A stretch of 64,000 bases of DNA from Pecten maximus (lineage: Eukaryota). Below the pieces are notes generated by a model. It did not search any database. It was not told where the DNA came from and saw only the letters and a list, made by a program, of their open reading frames with translations. Position numbers and translations under genes: made by a program. The stretch is taken from the NCBI RefSeq assembly GCF_902652985.1, contig NC_047017.1, forward strand, positions 6,634,001 to 6,698,000, given 5' to 3'. Numbering within the stretch: position 1 is the first letter of the stretch; the number at the start of each line of letters is the position of its first letter. Positions 1-12,498 of the stretch are shown piece after piece.

Positions 1-230
1 GAAGAAAATCCCCCAAGTCAAGGAATCAAGCTGCTTGAGCGCTCACAAGTTCTTTTTTCCGAAAATAGTAACGGTGACATTAACATTGACCCGAAACAAA
101 ACCCTGAAACTCGAATGTTTTCATCATAGCCATGTACTATGGCTTTACGTACATAGGTAGATGTAGATTTTCAAGATGGACGGAGAGAAAATCTATATCC
201 CCGACTCCCGGGCCCCCGCCCCCTCCCCTC
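1..230. mobile_element. Fragment of a non-autonomous Helitron/Helentron-like (HINE-type) repeat
   Basis: Degenerate GTGACATTAACATTGACCC and GATGGACGGA...CTATATCCCC motifs resemble mollusc non-autonomous Helitron-like repeats. Recognised from memory only, not searched. Confidence 0.3.
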
Positions 231-557
231 TCCCCCTCACCGACCCAAACGTATCGCGATTTCTTTCATATCATGTTTCCCACTTAAGTAATTTTCAAGG
301 GTTATGGAATAATTTGGATATCCGTGAAATTTGGCCGTTAATTTTTTTTATATAAATGAAGTGTTATACTATATATATTTATCTGAATTACGCCTACACA
401 AAGCAACCTTTTTGACATAATGTACATAATAAGTTTAAGTTAACAAGTTAGAATTTGGTCTAATTTGGGATAATTAGTGTTTTTTTAAAGGCGACCTTTA
501 GGAAACTGTTTACCAATCAACTTATTTCAAAGAAGAAGAAACAATAATTTCACTTAC

Positions 558-3500
558 TGTCAATTTCTGCCTTCTGCAAAGATGAAAATACTTTCTTGTA
601 CCGTACATACTTGTTCGATGCCTGCCAAAACAAGGACGACAACATATTCGTTAAGACAAAAAATCAGTTTATGTAGGTCACAAAATAGCGTCCGTCTCAA
701 GGTTAAGTCGCCACTGAACAATGAATAGCCCTAGCCTGTTTTGTGTTAAGATATATATCATGGTAGGTAATATATCACAGTAAGTAATACTACGTAAGTC
801 GTGGGTATTTTCTTAGAGAATTATTCATGGTCCGACAGTTCTGACTTTTAAAGATGGCTAGAGCGATCAGCCTTCACAGGCTTAATTACAAGTTTTAGTA
901 TTCACTGTGAACGTTGTTAGTAATTAACACATTGTCCCATAAAATCAAGATTTTGGTTGGAATCGTTATACGTACATTCGAGTATAAACATGTATATGAA
1001 TACATGCTTAATCTTTTGATATTAATTACGATCATTCTTATTTTCGTTAAAGAAAAGTGGCAAGGAAATAAAAAGTAAATTAAATTACACAAATTAAAAT
1101 AAAAGTCCTTTTTATAGTAGCGTTTTTCATAAGAAAAGTCCGATAACNNNNNNNNNNNNNNNNNNNNNNNNNNNNNNNNNNNNNNNNNNNNNNNNNNNNN
1201 NNNNNNNNNNNNNNNNNNNNNNNNNNNNNNNNNNNNNNNNNNNNNNNNNNNNNNNNNNNNNNNNNNNNNNNNNNNAAACAGATCCATATATACGAGAACG
1301 TAGTTGATTGACTTTGTAGGCGTTCGTCAGTGATCGATTATAGATAATGTATTACCACGATACATAGTTAACCCTTAATTTGATATTTTAATGAATTCAG
1401 GTGATTAACTCTCCTATTCACTATGTAAAATATAATTCTAGATTAGATAATTTTCAGGTTAGTATATGTTCTTATTTCAACCTCATACGGAGTAGGTTAA
1501 TATAGCTATCGATTGTTACCTGGTCCTAAAAACAGGTGCGTGGGATTGAATTGAAACACAGCGAATATGCATACTGTCAATCACCCGTGATACATACACT
1601 CCAGAAATTATATATATATATATAGATAATAAATTGTTTTTATCCTTACGGACGAATTATAAAAGTAAAATAAAAAAAAACCAACTCTCCGTTAGCGCTT
1701 TCTTCAGAAGAGTCGCCATGACGCGACGAAAGCGCTAACTGAGAGTTTTTTTTTTTATATTTTACTTATATATATATATATTTCACTTAATGTCACACCT
1801 AGTATTATTTGCATATTTTTCTCATAATTGACTTTGTCGGCTATAGGGATGATTATTTCGATTATATAGGTAAATGATGACATTTAAAGTGGATATATCT
1901 GTTTAAATATTTGAAATAAGTCCTTCCAAAAACTGATAATAAAATCTGTAAAATATTCGACTTCATGAATATTGTCATTAGCTCCGTTCCGCCCTGGAAA
2001 ACCTTGTCAACCAAACGAAATCGGATGAATAAAACAGTTTAAAGTAAATATATCTGTTTAAAGTCACGATATTCAAATATTTGACATCATAAAAAAAATC
2101 CCAGGACTGGTTCTACCACATTCAACCTTGTCAATCAACCGAAATCTACAATCTTGTTCATTTCGCCCAACATCGACTGTTGGTGTTTGACTGAACAGAA
2201 CCTATACATGTAGCTAGCTAGTTAGCTAACTGGAGTATGTCGGCTAATAGCTTTCTTTTATGGGTCAGACTTTGTTGACGACAGAATATTATGTAAACTT
2301 GCGATAATCTTCTAGTATTAGAAAATATGGTGTAATGGAGTTGTTTCGTGACGTAACACTCCGGCCGTTTAAAAGAGACCGCTGACAATCCTCAATTTAA
2401 ATTTAAATAGCAAAACGGCGATTATATAGGTAGTGTCGTGGACCCTGGACTATCTATGGTAATATTGGACATTTTATCTAACTGTATTAAACCTGCATGT
2501 ATTGATTATTGTAGAACTCCTTTGTGAAATAAATAATTATAATAATAATGTAAAAAAAAAAAAAAAAAAAAAATCATACCGTTGTTGTCACGGAGTTTGA
2601 TGTTCGTTTTCATTGAATCCACAGAGAATTACATAACTATTGATTAAATGGGCCAATTTCGTTTGAACAGAATATAATTTTATTTCGTTTGCAAGGAATA
2701 CAAGATTATGATTACGTAATGCTTGTTTAGACGCATAGCAGACAAAAAAAAAAAAAAAAACAACAACAACAACAACAACATAACAATATAACGAACTGAT
2801 AACCGATTTAAATATGGCGTAGCATCAACTTGTCGCATTAACATATGATTCAATAAGAACTTCAATCGTTACGTCTCGGCCAATTCCGTTAAAACTCGGA
2901 ATAATTACTACGGAAATTGACGGAATGTACCGAAATTTTGTTATTGATATATAAACAATGTAAGTTTTATTTTGTCAAGAAGGACACAAATAATGGGAAA
3001 TGAGGGTACTTGCGTTAAAATAATTTGGACAGATTTTAGTTTTTCAACGAAGTGTTGAAAGAGAACACAATAGATCATTTGATTTCAAAATAAGAACAAC
3101 GGAACTTTTCTTGTCAGGAAGAAATTAATTTTGAAATAACATTATGTGTTCCATGAAAAATATAAAATCGCTGTGCGAGGACCACAGGGGATATGACGTC
3201 ATAAGAATCACGTCATGAGAATAGTGTTTGGGTCAGGGAGGCTTGGCTTCGGCTGAATGGTCGAGGTTGGGGGAAAAGTTATGTCGGGAAGATGGAGGTA
3301 TTGTTTCAGAGGATTTTACGAGTGACGCGGTCACGTGACTTACAATATAATTTGGTTTGGTTTATTTTGTTTAACGTCCTATTAGCATCTAAGGCCATTT
3401 AAGGACGGCCTCCCGTGCGTTCGACATGAATGAGTGTGGTGATACACGAAAGAAGAGAAAAGATAAGATCCCAAGTTTAGTCGCCTCTTACGATCATGCA

Positions 3501-6088
3501 ATAGGGGCAGCAGGTACAATTCTTACGCCCTACCTGCAGGGCAATACAATATAATATTCCTGGACAATATAATATTCCTGGAGATACTAGTATATACATA
3601 TACACTTATGGTTCAGACTTATCGATCATATTTGTAAGATTTTAAAAGAAGGTACATACTGAACTAATATAGATTGCTATTGACGACCATGATTGAACTG
3701 CTCAAGGGGTCTTAATGGTAAATGAAAACTAGGAAGCGAACTGAGAAAAGCGAGCAATTGTGTTGTTTATGATACATGCAACAAGAGAGGCAATACAATA
3801 CCTAAATGTAGCATTTATAATTATATACATATATATATGTATAGAATTGACACTCACGTTTAATTGGGTTAAAGTAACGACTACTACTGATAATGTCTCC
3901 TCTTAGTGCAATCGGGATTCTTCAGCATTCGTCTACAGAAAGTGCCGAAGGTTCCCGATTTATCCGAGTGTGGATCCAAGAAAAAACCTACCACCTTATT
4001 AATGGAATCGCCCTCATTTGACAGATCAGTTTGGTCAGGGAGTGATGCATCAATGTTTGTTATGTCTAAACAACGGCGTGGTACCAGTTCCGGATTTTAA
4101 AAATTAATGTCAATATCAGAAAATTGGGCGTATACATTTATAATGGCGATCCACTGGATCAGAAAGCTTTATTGACAGAAACAACAGCGGAAATTAGTAT
4201 TTAAACACAAATTTGATAATGGGCGTAAACGTTTGGTGTTCTAAATGATCTAGACTAATTCGGAAAGAATTCAATAAAGACTTGGGTCCAATAGAAGCTT
4301 TCACGAAAGCCACAAAATGGCGGACGGTTTGCGTTCGACATTGAGCTAGAATTCCAGAGCTAATGGTGATATTTTTGTTAATAATTTATGACACCCGCGA
4401 TCGAATGTCACTCTCGCATTTTTACAGACTTGTATTAAACACAAGAGAAATATGATCAATACATTTACACACGTATGCGAATGGCAGGATAGGCCATGGT
4501 ATGACAAGAGAAACGTAATTTATGGGATGTGTGTACACATTCATAAAGGCAGTGTATGTAACTATGACGTGAACTGGGTCCCCAGGGAGTACCAGAATCC
4601 TGGGAAATGTAGACCAATAAAACTGTTTGACTACAATATGTATATATACTCCAGAACCTCTGCCAATCTTTATGGTACTTTTATCGTGCATTTAACTGTA
4701 CTGTTGTTTGATCATATTGATTAGCTACATTTCATTTCTCGCTGTGGTTGTAATTTGTGAATAATTATGACGCACCATTTTCTTATCAGACCGATATGAC
4801 TGCTATTTATTTGATAAAGAACGCCCTTTGAAATAGTTTTACTTATCAAAACCTTATAATACCAAACTAGACACCCTCTATGGAATGGATTTCACTTTGT
4901 CTTGCACGGTTCTGTTTTATAATTTTAACATGATATACATTTATTTATATGGGTATCAGACATGTTATTTGTCAAAGTGCGAACATCCAAACTGCTCTTT
5001 GTTAAAACGCCGATCTTAACTGTCATTTTGTCTAAGGATATCGGTCCAAATTGCTAATTTGTCAAAATAATTGTGTTCAAATTGCTATTTGTCAATGCAC
5101 GGATCCAAATTTCTTGTCCATCAAAACATGAGTATACATTTCTGTATTGCTAAGACATAGAAGTATCTATCAAAATTGCTATTTGTCAGACCATTGCAGG
5201 TCAAACTGCAATGCCTTTTTCAAAGAAGAGAAATCTTAAATTCACTTCATGAAAGGATCAGTCGCTCGACTGGTGAAATTATGATACCGACAACAAATAT
5301 CTGACTTGGGTATCCACATTTCTACTTTAACCTATCAATTAAGAAAAATCTAAACCTCTACCTGTCATAATTGACAGCATAAGCGGTTATTTGTCAAAAC
5401 AGGGGATCCATTGACAATTGCGATTTGTCAATGATAAACAAATATTTTAAGAGCAAAGCGCCATTTGATGAAAAACTAAAAGATAAAAACTGAGGCGACA
5501 TTGCTAGCCTATTCTTATCACGAACCCCGATATATTACATTGTTTATCTTTCTTGCTCGATCCCGATGTTAGTTTTCCGTATGAGAAACATGTTGACGGT
5601 ATCATTCTTCAGTTTTGATTACGGAAGTCTTCAGGAAGTTCAAGTGTAGCGATCTGTTCTTCTCTTGTAGTTCACCACAGTGGCCGTTAACAACCAGCTT
5701 TGATTACCAATAATCCAAGTCTGATGGACGACACATTCGCTGATATCTGTTTGTCCACGCTGTGTTTGTCTATTTGTTTAATATATAGAAACCATGTCCA
5801 TGTTTGCCTTTCACATTGATTAGAAATTGTTCCTTGAAAAATTCCAATGGTATCAATATGAGAAACAAGAAGAAGAAAAATCTGTTCAGCATCAGAGTTC
5901 AACTGTTTAGTATCGTAAACGAGAAACCATTTTGGAATTCTGACGTAATGGCAAAGTCTCAAGAACGTTTTAGTAGCCACGTGACAGAAATATACAGTGG
6001 TCCCAGTTTTTACTTAACTTTACACAAACATCTTTTAAGCTAATAGAAAAAATATTTCAAAATAATTTCACAGGTGACAACTTACCAT
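558..6088 (-). CDS. 5' part of a probable second calmodulin-like / EF-hand gene (partial, continues beyond the left edge)
   Basis: First exon ends ...TAAATG|gtaagt (ATG 6088-6086, phase 0). Exon 621-558 (ttttggcag|...|gtaagtg, 64 nt, ends in phase 1) reads ASNKYVRYKKVFSSLQKAEID. LQKAEID| aligns with calmodulin LTEEQIA| at the same phase-1 intron. No EF-hand is inside the window. Confidence 0.55.
1148..1275. other. Assembly gap (128 N)
   Basis: Run of N. Confidence 0.99.
1658..1770. mobile_element. Short foldback / MITE-like inverted repeat in a (TA)n context
   Basis: Arms ...AACTCTCCGTTAGCGCTTTC and GAAAGCGCTAACTGAGAGTT... extend into A-rich and T-rich arms, with an inner GTCGC/GCGAC stem. 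(TA)n runs flank it. Confidence 0.6.
3351..3544 (-). mobile_element. SINE-like retroposon, internally deleted copy with target-site duplication
   Basis: Flanked by direct repeat TACAATATAA (3341-3350 and 3545-3554). Head shared with 30400-30510; tail (TTTGGTTTATTTTGTTTAACGTCCTATTA) shared with the SINE at 57311. Confidence 0.75.
4760..5460. repeat. Highly degenerate ~33-bp tandem repeat
   Basis: Recurring (C)AAATTGCTATTTGTCAA-like core at about 30-35 bp spacing. Confidence 0.5.
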
Positions 6089-6237
6089 TTATAATGTCGT
6101 CAATGAAAACTTCTGTTGCCTTGGTAACGAAAGGTTTCACTTCCTGTTCGCGAGGTCCTGCTCGTTACACTTTGAAGTCCTTGTTCTTGTGTGTCCTCTT
6201 CTCTGACCGGTGTCCTATAGTCATCAGTATGGCTACC

Positions 6238-6247
6238 CATTAAATAC
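6238..6247 (-). promoter_or_regulatory. Candidate TATA-like box (TATTTAA) for the ATG exon ending at 6086
   Basis: Minus strand reads GAGTGTATTTAATGGG about 150 nt upstream of the ATG|gtaagt donor. Confidence 0.3.
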
Positions 6248-7828
6248 ACTCGGATGTATTATTATTTGATCATTGAAACCATTACTGTTCTAATCATGAT
6301 GAAGCTTTCAATGTTTACATTGCTGTTTCAGACTGTCAGTTTAAAACCTAGGTCTTGCTTCGTTTCGATGCCATCTCAAATACCTACCAACCCCCGGATT
6401 TCTCAATCGACAGGACCCCAGAGAGAGTATATGATGGTTGTCAAGCGGCCGGTTACCACACGACACATATTCGAATATTAATTAGACCTAAATTATTCAG
6501 AGATAACTGTTTAGGTTCCAAGCATATCGCTCCGCTCCATTGGTCACTAAACAATGTTTTCATTATATAGTATACATTGTGAAATGTCTTGGTTAACACA
6601 CGTCAAAGCTTTGCATATGGCTCTGCAATAACGAAGGTGGTGTGTTAAAATATGTATCAGCAATCTTTATAACCGTATATTGGAATCTCACAGGTACTAA
6701 TTATCATGGTTGATGTTTTTAATTTTCTGATATATCGTATACAATGGCTACCACAATCAAAAGGGAAAGTGTCTCATTAAAACTGGATTGGATTTGGCGC
6801 ATGGCATATAATATGACACTATTGACTATAAAAATGCTTTGTAGTCGATCTCCGATGAAATGTGTGTATTTTAATTAAATCATACCTCGATATTTATAGC
6901 AGTAAACCTATCAGCCACTGAAGCCGGTGAACAGCCAGAATGACGAGCCGTACGGTTGATGTACCTCGCTAAAAAGCTCCTGACGTCCCGACAACACTGT
7001 GAACCACAGGATGGGATTAACACCGGGTCGGGTTCGTCCGATATCATACGACAATCTAATTATGAATCAATATATAGGCCATTTCGCTTTACTGTTTAAT
7101 TAGTACCAATTAAAGATAAGCTGTGTTTATCTATATTGTAAAACGTTAAAATGTAATTTTAAATAGGCTATTGATTTCTTAATTGCTAATTGCGTTTCAA
7201 AAAAAAAAAAAAAAAAAATCAGAGCGTCAAAGTGCAAATCTATTCGGATATTGATATTCTTTAAATGATTTAATAAAATTGTAATGTGCATCGTTTCATT
7301 TTTATTGCGAACAAAGACATTTTGCGCGTGATTGTACATTATTGTTCCTTTGCTTGTGAGCAATACATATGACCTAATATTAGTTCCTGTAAAGATATGT
7401 AAATAATGGTTACAGGAGTGTTCGGTACGCAAAGGCTGAATACGCAAACAAGATGATGACGTTTCAATTTACGTATATGATATTATCGATATAAGTACAT
7501 ACTATTATCAATATAAGCAAACGGGCAATGTCAGCATCGCTTTTGTTAGGAACCTGCAATCATTGTGTCTGTTTTACATTTTACCGACTTTGCCTGACTG
7601 AGACGAACGTAGTCAATAAAAGCTGTACAAGTTTGCTATAACTGTCAGTTTGTGAAGCTCACCATATCTATGATGATGATAATTTACTTTTTATTTTTTG
7701 TTAACGTTCCCTGACTTCGTGTTCACTGAATCGACATGAATGTAGTTTAGGCATAAAGTTATAGTATATAATGAAGAAATATTTTCAGGGAGAGAAGTTA
7801 GCAGCGAAGAATCTAAATATTCCCTTTA

Positions 7829-8248
7829 GGGAACAACCAACAAAATGAAAAAATAGAGTCAGAGACACAATGTCTGGCAGCCACTGATTGGCCAGTATTA
7901 TATGAAGTTCCAAAAATATATGTAGCCTGATAGGTAACTATCCATAGGTAATGTTGATATAGGTTTTGTAAGTCCGATTGATTTTTCTCTCAAAAGTTCA
8001 GGTGATAATAATTAAGGGGTGAACATTTCAGATTATTGAGAATTTTTACCGCGAAATTTACCCTTTTTCAAAATGGCTTCCATGAAAAAAGTTTGAGCTG
8101 AAGGACCCAACTTATTTTTGATAAATGTTATATCGGACCCTGATTTTTTTTATAAGCTATAATTGCCATATTGAGTTGAAGAATTTTAATGATATAACCC
8201 AAAACGTTAACACTAAATTCTAAGGAAAACAATTGGTTGGTTGGTCTC
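7829..8248. mobile_element. MITE, copy 1 (same family as 24836-25294)
   Basis: Imperfect TIRs GGGAACAACCAAC...GTTGGTTGGTCTC. Body (AATGTCTGGCAGCCACTGATTGGCCAGTA...) is clearly homologous to 24909-25294. Confidence 0.8.
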
Positions 8249-9116
8249 TGTACATAAATGCCTTTAGTTTAGTAACTGTTCGTGTTTTATGTGTTTCAAT
8301 ATAACAGACGGTGCTGAAATTTTGCTTAATGAATTGTAAAATAATGAAAAAATCCTCTTAAGTCATATGAATTACATATATAACACAACCTAACACTGCG
8401 TCTAATTTCTATGTTTGCGATTCATGTTTTGTCTTTATTACAAAACAGATATTTAACTGTAATTTTTAATTGTACAATGTATGTCTTTTTAGGAAACCTT
8501 CCAGAAGATAAGCTCTACTGGTTGGGTGTAAGTCACCGAGTTTCGCCGCTATCCAATAGGTCATATCTGAATTCTTCAAACTACTGGTTTAGATTTTACA
8601 AACGTTATTGATAATATAAATTCTAAGTATACTGAAAAGAATAAACTAGAAGCTTGATCATGTGTCCTTTAATATTTCATAATTGGTTTATTTCCTATTT
8701 TGTATTTCTCCTGTCTTTCTGAATGTCAACACTATTGGACACAAGAGTCACGTGACAAAAACAGTGTATGATGCATTGAAGCGTGTCAGTTACTGATATA
8801 TCTATTTTCGATCCTTTATCGATTTCTGAAGACTTTAACTTTAAAGATAATGTTAAAAGTTTCAATTGCATGCTTTTTAACTTGCACTGGCACTGCGAGT
8901 CGTAAGGTCATTCTAATCAAAGTCCTTATTTAATCCCTTCAAAATCATTGTTCAAATATTGCAAAAGGAGCCCAGTGTCTATTTCGTCACGGTTCAATGA
9001 AAGAGATCGATTGAATTCTTGTCTAAAAGCTGTAAGTATAATGAAAGACAAATAACACCTTACATCGAAACTCTTGTAAGGATATGGAGACGAACGCTTA
9101 CAGCTGCTACACAAGA

Positions 9117-9122
9117 TTTATT
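9117..9122 (-). terminator. Candidate polyadenylation signal AATAAA of the carboxylesterase-like gene
   Basis: TTTATT on the + strand, about 220 nt downstream of the stop codon at 9342. Confidence 0.4.
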
Positions 9123-9341
9123 GAGAATCTGATATCATAGAATAACAAGCAATAAAAGGAGACAATCAGAATGAACGAATATAAGAAAGATTAAAATAGG
9201 TAATGTTAAGAGCTTACGTTTCCATGTGGAGAACGGATTTCAGAATAAATTTACGAATACAGGTAACTAAAATTTTCTTACGTTGAGAAAGGATCGCTTA
9301 TCTCGACTTAATGATCGCATATCTCGATGTTTCTGCTTTCT

Positions 9342-10402
9342 TTATACGTCATAGATCCTGGTGTAGTCATAGTAACCGATCTTATCCCAGAGGCGACACT
9401 GGTTTCCTCGAATAGCGCTGGTTACACCGACGGTCTGACTATCTGCTCTCAATATCATATGGAATCTTGATCTGAACTTTCTCCAGTCAACCAGTCCATC
9501 ACCTCGGCGATTTGGATTACCATATTTGGCGAAGTTTGAAAAATAGCCACCAATCCTTTTAGCAAGTTTGGCTTCCTCCGCTGTGTGATTGAGATGAAGC
9601 AATTTGAAGATATTAAAGACGAACGGTAGTTCAACTCCGTGGCATACTCTTCCGACGCAATGTGGCAAGTCCTTAAGCAAGTCAGCAGACGAGAGTGCTT
9701 GGTCAAAGAAATACAACCAAGAACTCCCGCCTTTAATTCTTATGTGTTCGGCTACTTTCCTTGCGGGGCAAGTAAAGAGAAAATCAGTTGTGATTTGTGC
9801 AAATACTTCTCGAGCGTCAAAAACGTGCTGTTGACACAAGAAAGAGGATAGTTTGTCACCAGTTCTTGAGCTGTAGGAGCAGGATCAACTCTGTTCACCA
9901 AGGCTCCTCGGACTTTCCCTTGGACTTTAACGTAAGACACAGCATCTTTGTTTTGTCCGAGAAGGAAGCGGACTCCTTCTTCTCTTACCGATCCCAGCAT
10001 CACAGGTTTTGATATTTTTTGCCTTGCTTCCTTGAAGGCATCAACCAAAGTAGCGGGAACCCAGTCATAATCAATCACAGGCCCAATAGGTTCGATAGCG
10101 TTTACGAACTCGCTTGGTCCAATTTTGATTCTTTCAGAGAGAAAGAAGTTCTGAGCTCTCAGTAGGTCGTCACTATCAGCATTGGCTCGCAGACAGGTAA
10201 TCATAACGTCCAAACTATGGATAGAACACCCCAGAATTTGGGCGATGACCTGGGTCTGGAAGAGGGCGCTGTAGTAGGTCTTGAAAGGAATCGTGAATGG
10301 CGCGCTCATCATGATACTCGAGGAAAAGAAATCCTCCGACCTATTATTAGTCATGTGGATACCAACGGACTCAGCACCGTCGCCGTCACCAAAAATCGTC
10401 AC
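9342..10402 (-). CDS. Carboxylesterase-like gene, exon 5 (elbow GDGDG, acid EEG, His CHGVEL, stop); contains a 1-bp frameshift
   Basis: Acceptor ttttgcag|GTG ACG ATT TTT GGT. Corresponds to ORFs 9752..10465 and 9342..9839 in different frames. TAA at 9344-9342. Confidence 0.9.
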
Positions 10403-10898
10403 CTGCAAAATTGTAAATTGAAATCGGCTATAAGAAATACTAACTTTTAGAAACATTCCAGACATTTTGATTATATTTCATGGAAAAGTATGACAGCGTA
10501 TTTGATCACACTATGATACGAAAATTCGATTGTTTATATTTGACATTGGTAAGTGTGGAAAATAATTTCTCCAGGAAACTCGACAATATAGAGCAAGAGG
10601 CCACTTGCAAATTACAAAAAATCACTGCAGATAAGACATTGGAAAGTTCCCGTTTTCACAACGCATAGTTGGAACACTTTGGCTGAAAAAGTGGTATCGT
10701 CCTGTATACTCAATGAACTTAAATGAAACCTTAAAGAGCAATGGAGAAACCAGTCTATAAAATTCAGACCAGTTGCAACCCGGATATGCCAGAACCAGAA
10801 AACAAAAATGTGATTGGTCAGAGCGGCGGTCGCTGATAAAAGACATCAAAGAAGGTAACGGGTGAATATAAGTGTTAATGTTAGTTATGGCTGTTTTA

Positions 10899-11087
<189 letters not shown>

Positions 11088-12008
11088 TTAAACGTGTTAT
11101 CAAAGTTCCTTTAATGAGACAACATATGATTAACAACTTGTCTTATATCATTGAACTGTTATTGTTTGATAGATATCTATTCAAATGATTTGTTTTTTTT
11201 CTAAATATAAAAATAGAACATTTGGTTACAGATTCCTGATAATCCAAAATGCAGTATAAATCAATCGCGGAATCTAGACTGATTCTGTCAAATTTCGGAA
11301 TCAAATTGGGGTTGCTAAGCGATGGTTCTATCATGTGAGCTATACGGACTTGCGGGAATGTGAAGTTTATGTTATAATTTAGAGTCAGTCTAGTTAATGC
11401 TTAAATTGAAATGTTTTATCAACTACGTTTTTTCAATTTTTCTTTACCAGCGCATAGGAGGACCACTTTTTAAGAATAGGATTTTAGTTGACTTTTGGTA
11501 CATAGAATAAAATAAAAAATTTGTAAAAGTTGGTCTTCCGATGCGCTTTATGTCAAAAAATGATTTGAATGCGGGAAACGCCCTATGATGCAACATACTA
11601 ATGAACAAACTAATTTTTCGCAAATAATTTTTATTTGTTATAGATTGAAGATTTGTATTCCAAAACTCAGTTTTCAACATTTATTTTTTGATTTTGAAAA
11701 CGGTCACCGTTAAGTCGGAACAGGCCAATATGCGCCATACCTCTTTGGGAAAAGCGCTTACATTTTGGAGTGCCAAACAAGTACGTGTAAAGTATTGTTA
11801 CATATATGACAAAATGCACGTTTATCACATATCTATTTTATTAACCATCAAGTTTGAATCTGGATTATATAATGTAATCTATGTTAGTAAATTGTTCCGT
11901 AATTTGTGACGACTCGGTCGCGAGAATGAATGGTCGAAACCAGTCATACGTGTTCTCAGTCTTTTATACCGCCAAGTGAGTATCTACACAGCAATAAATC
12001 ATACAAAC

Positions 12009-12201
12009 CTAAACGGTAGTTGATTGTCACTACGATAACGTCGCCCTTCTCAGCCAGAGTATTTCCGAAATTGACCGGCGCCAGACCAGTGCCGCGGACA
12101 AACGATCCACCGTGGATGTAAACCATGACAGCTTTCGGGTGGTTAGTCGAGCAGGCGTTGATTGGCGTGAAGATGTTTAGGTAAAGACAGTCTTCAGAAG
12201 T
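12009..12201 (-). CDS. Carboxylesterase-like gene, exon 3
   Basis: acacag|ACT TCT GAA GAC TGT...CGT TTA G|gtttgt; reads TSEDCLYLNIFTP...HGGSF...TINYRLG. Confidence 0.92.
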
Positions 12202-12382
12202 CTGTGTCAAAGAACATTTTAATTCAATAACAAAATTAAACAATCTATCAATGAAAACGTTATCTCTAACTGAAATGAATAACACAAGTTATGTACGAAA
12301 CAAAAATATTCATATTTTGCATTTGTTACATTATTGAATTTTAATTCCAGTTAAAGATTTGTTTAAGAAATAAAAATCGTAC

Positions 12383-12498
12383 CGAATTGATGCAGAACAG
12401 CCTATCATTACAGGGGTTCTGTTTACACATCGGCTTCAAAGAGTCTGCAATTAACGTAGTCTCCTTCAAATTTGTCCGGATGAACAGGATCTCTGAAC
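12383..12498 (-). CDS. Carboxylesterase-like gene, exon 2 (116 nt; contains a 1-bp frameshift)
   Basis: ctctag|G TTC AGA GAT CCT...AAT TCG|gtacga. The entry frame gives RFRDPVHPDKFEG and the exit frame gives TLIADSLKPMCKQNPCNDRLFCINS, both family-like. Confidence 0.8.

Noticed and set aside
3858-4140. Possible alternative minus-strand exon (donor AAC|gtgagt at 3858/3857; ~70-codon open stretch)
   Set aside because: No ATG-initiated frame reaches the donor in phase 0 and no protein family is recognisable. It could be a non-coding exon but is unsupported.
9815-9845. Programmed -1 ribosomal frameshift
   Set aside because: There is no canonical X XXY YYZ slippery heptamer in frame, and an independent upstream frameshift already truncates the ORF.
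10370-10395. GDGDG in the esterase as an EF-hand loop or a patch copied from the calmodulin-like neighbour
   Set aside because: It lacks Asp at loop position 1 and Glu at position 12, it sits at the alpha/beta-hydrolase elbow, and the nucleotide match is too short to be meaningful.
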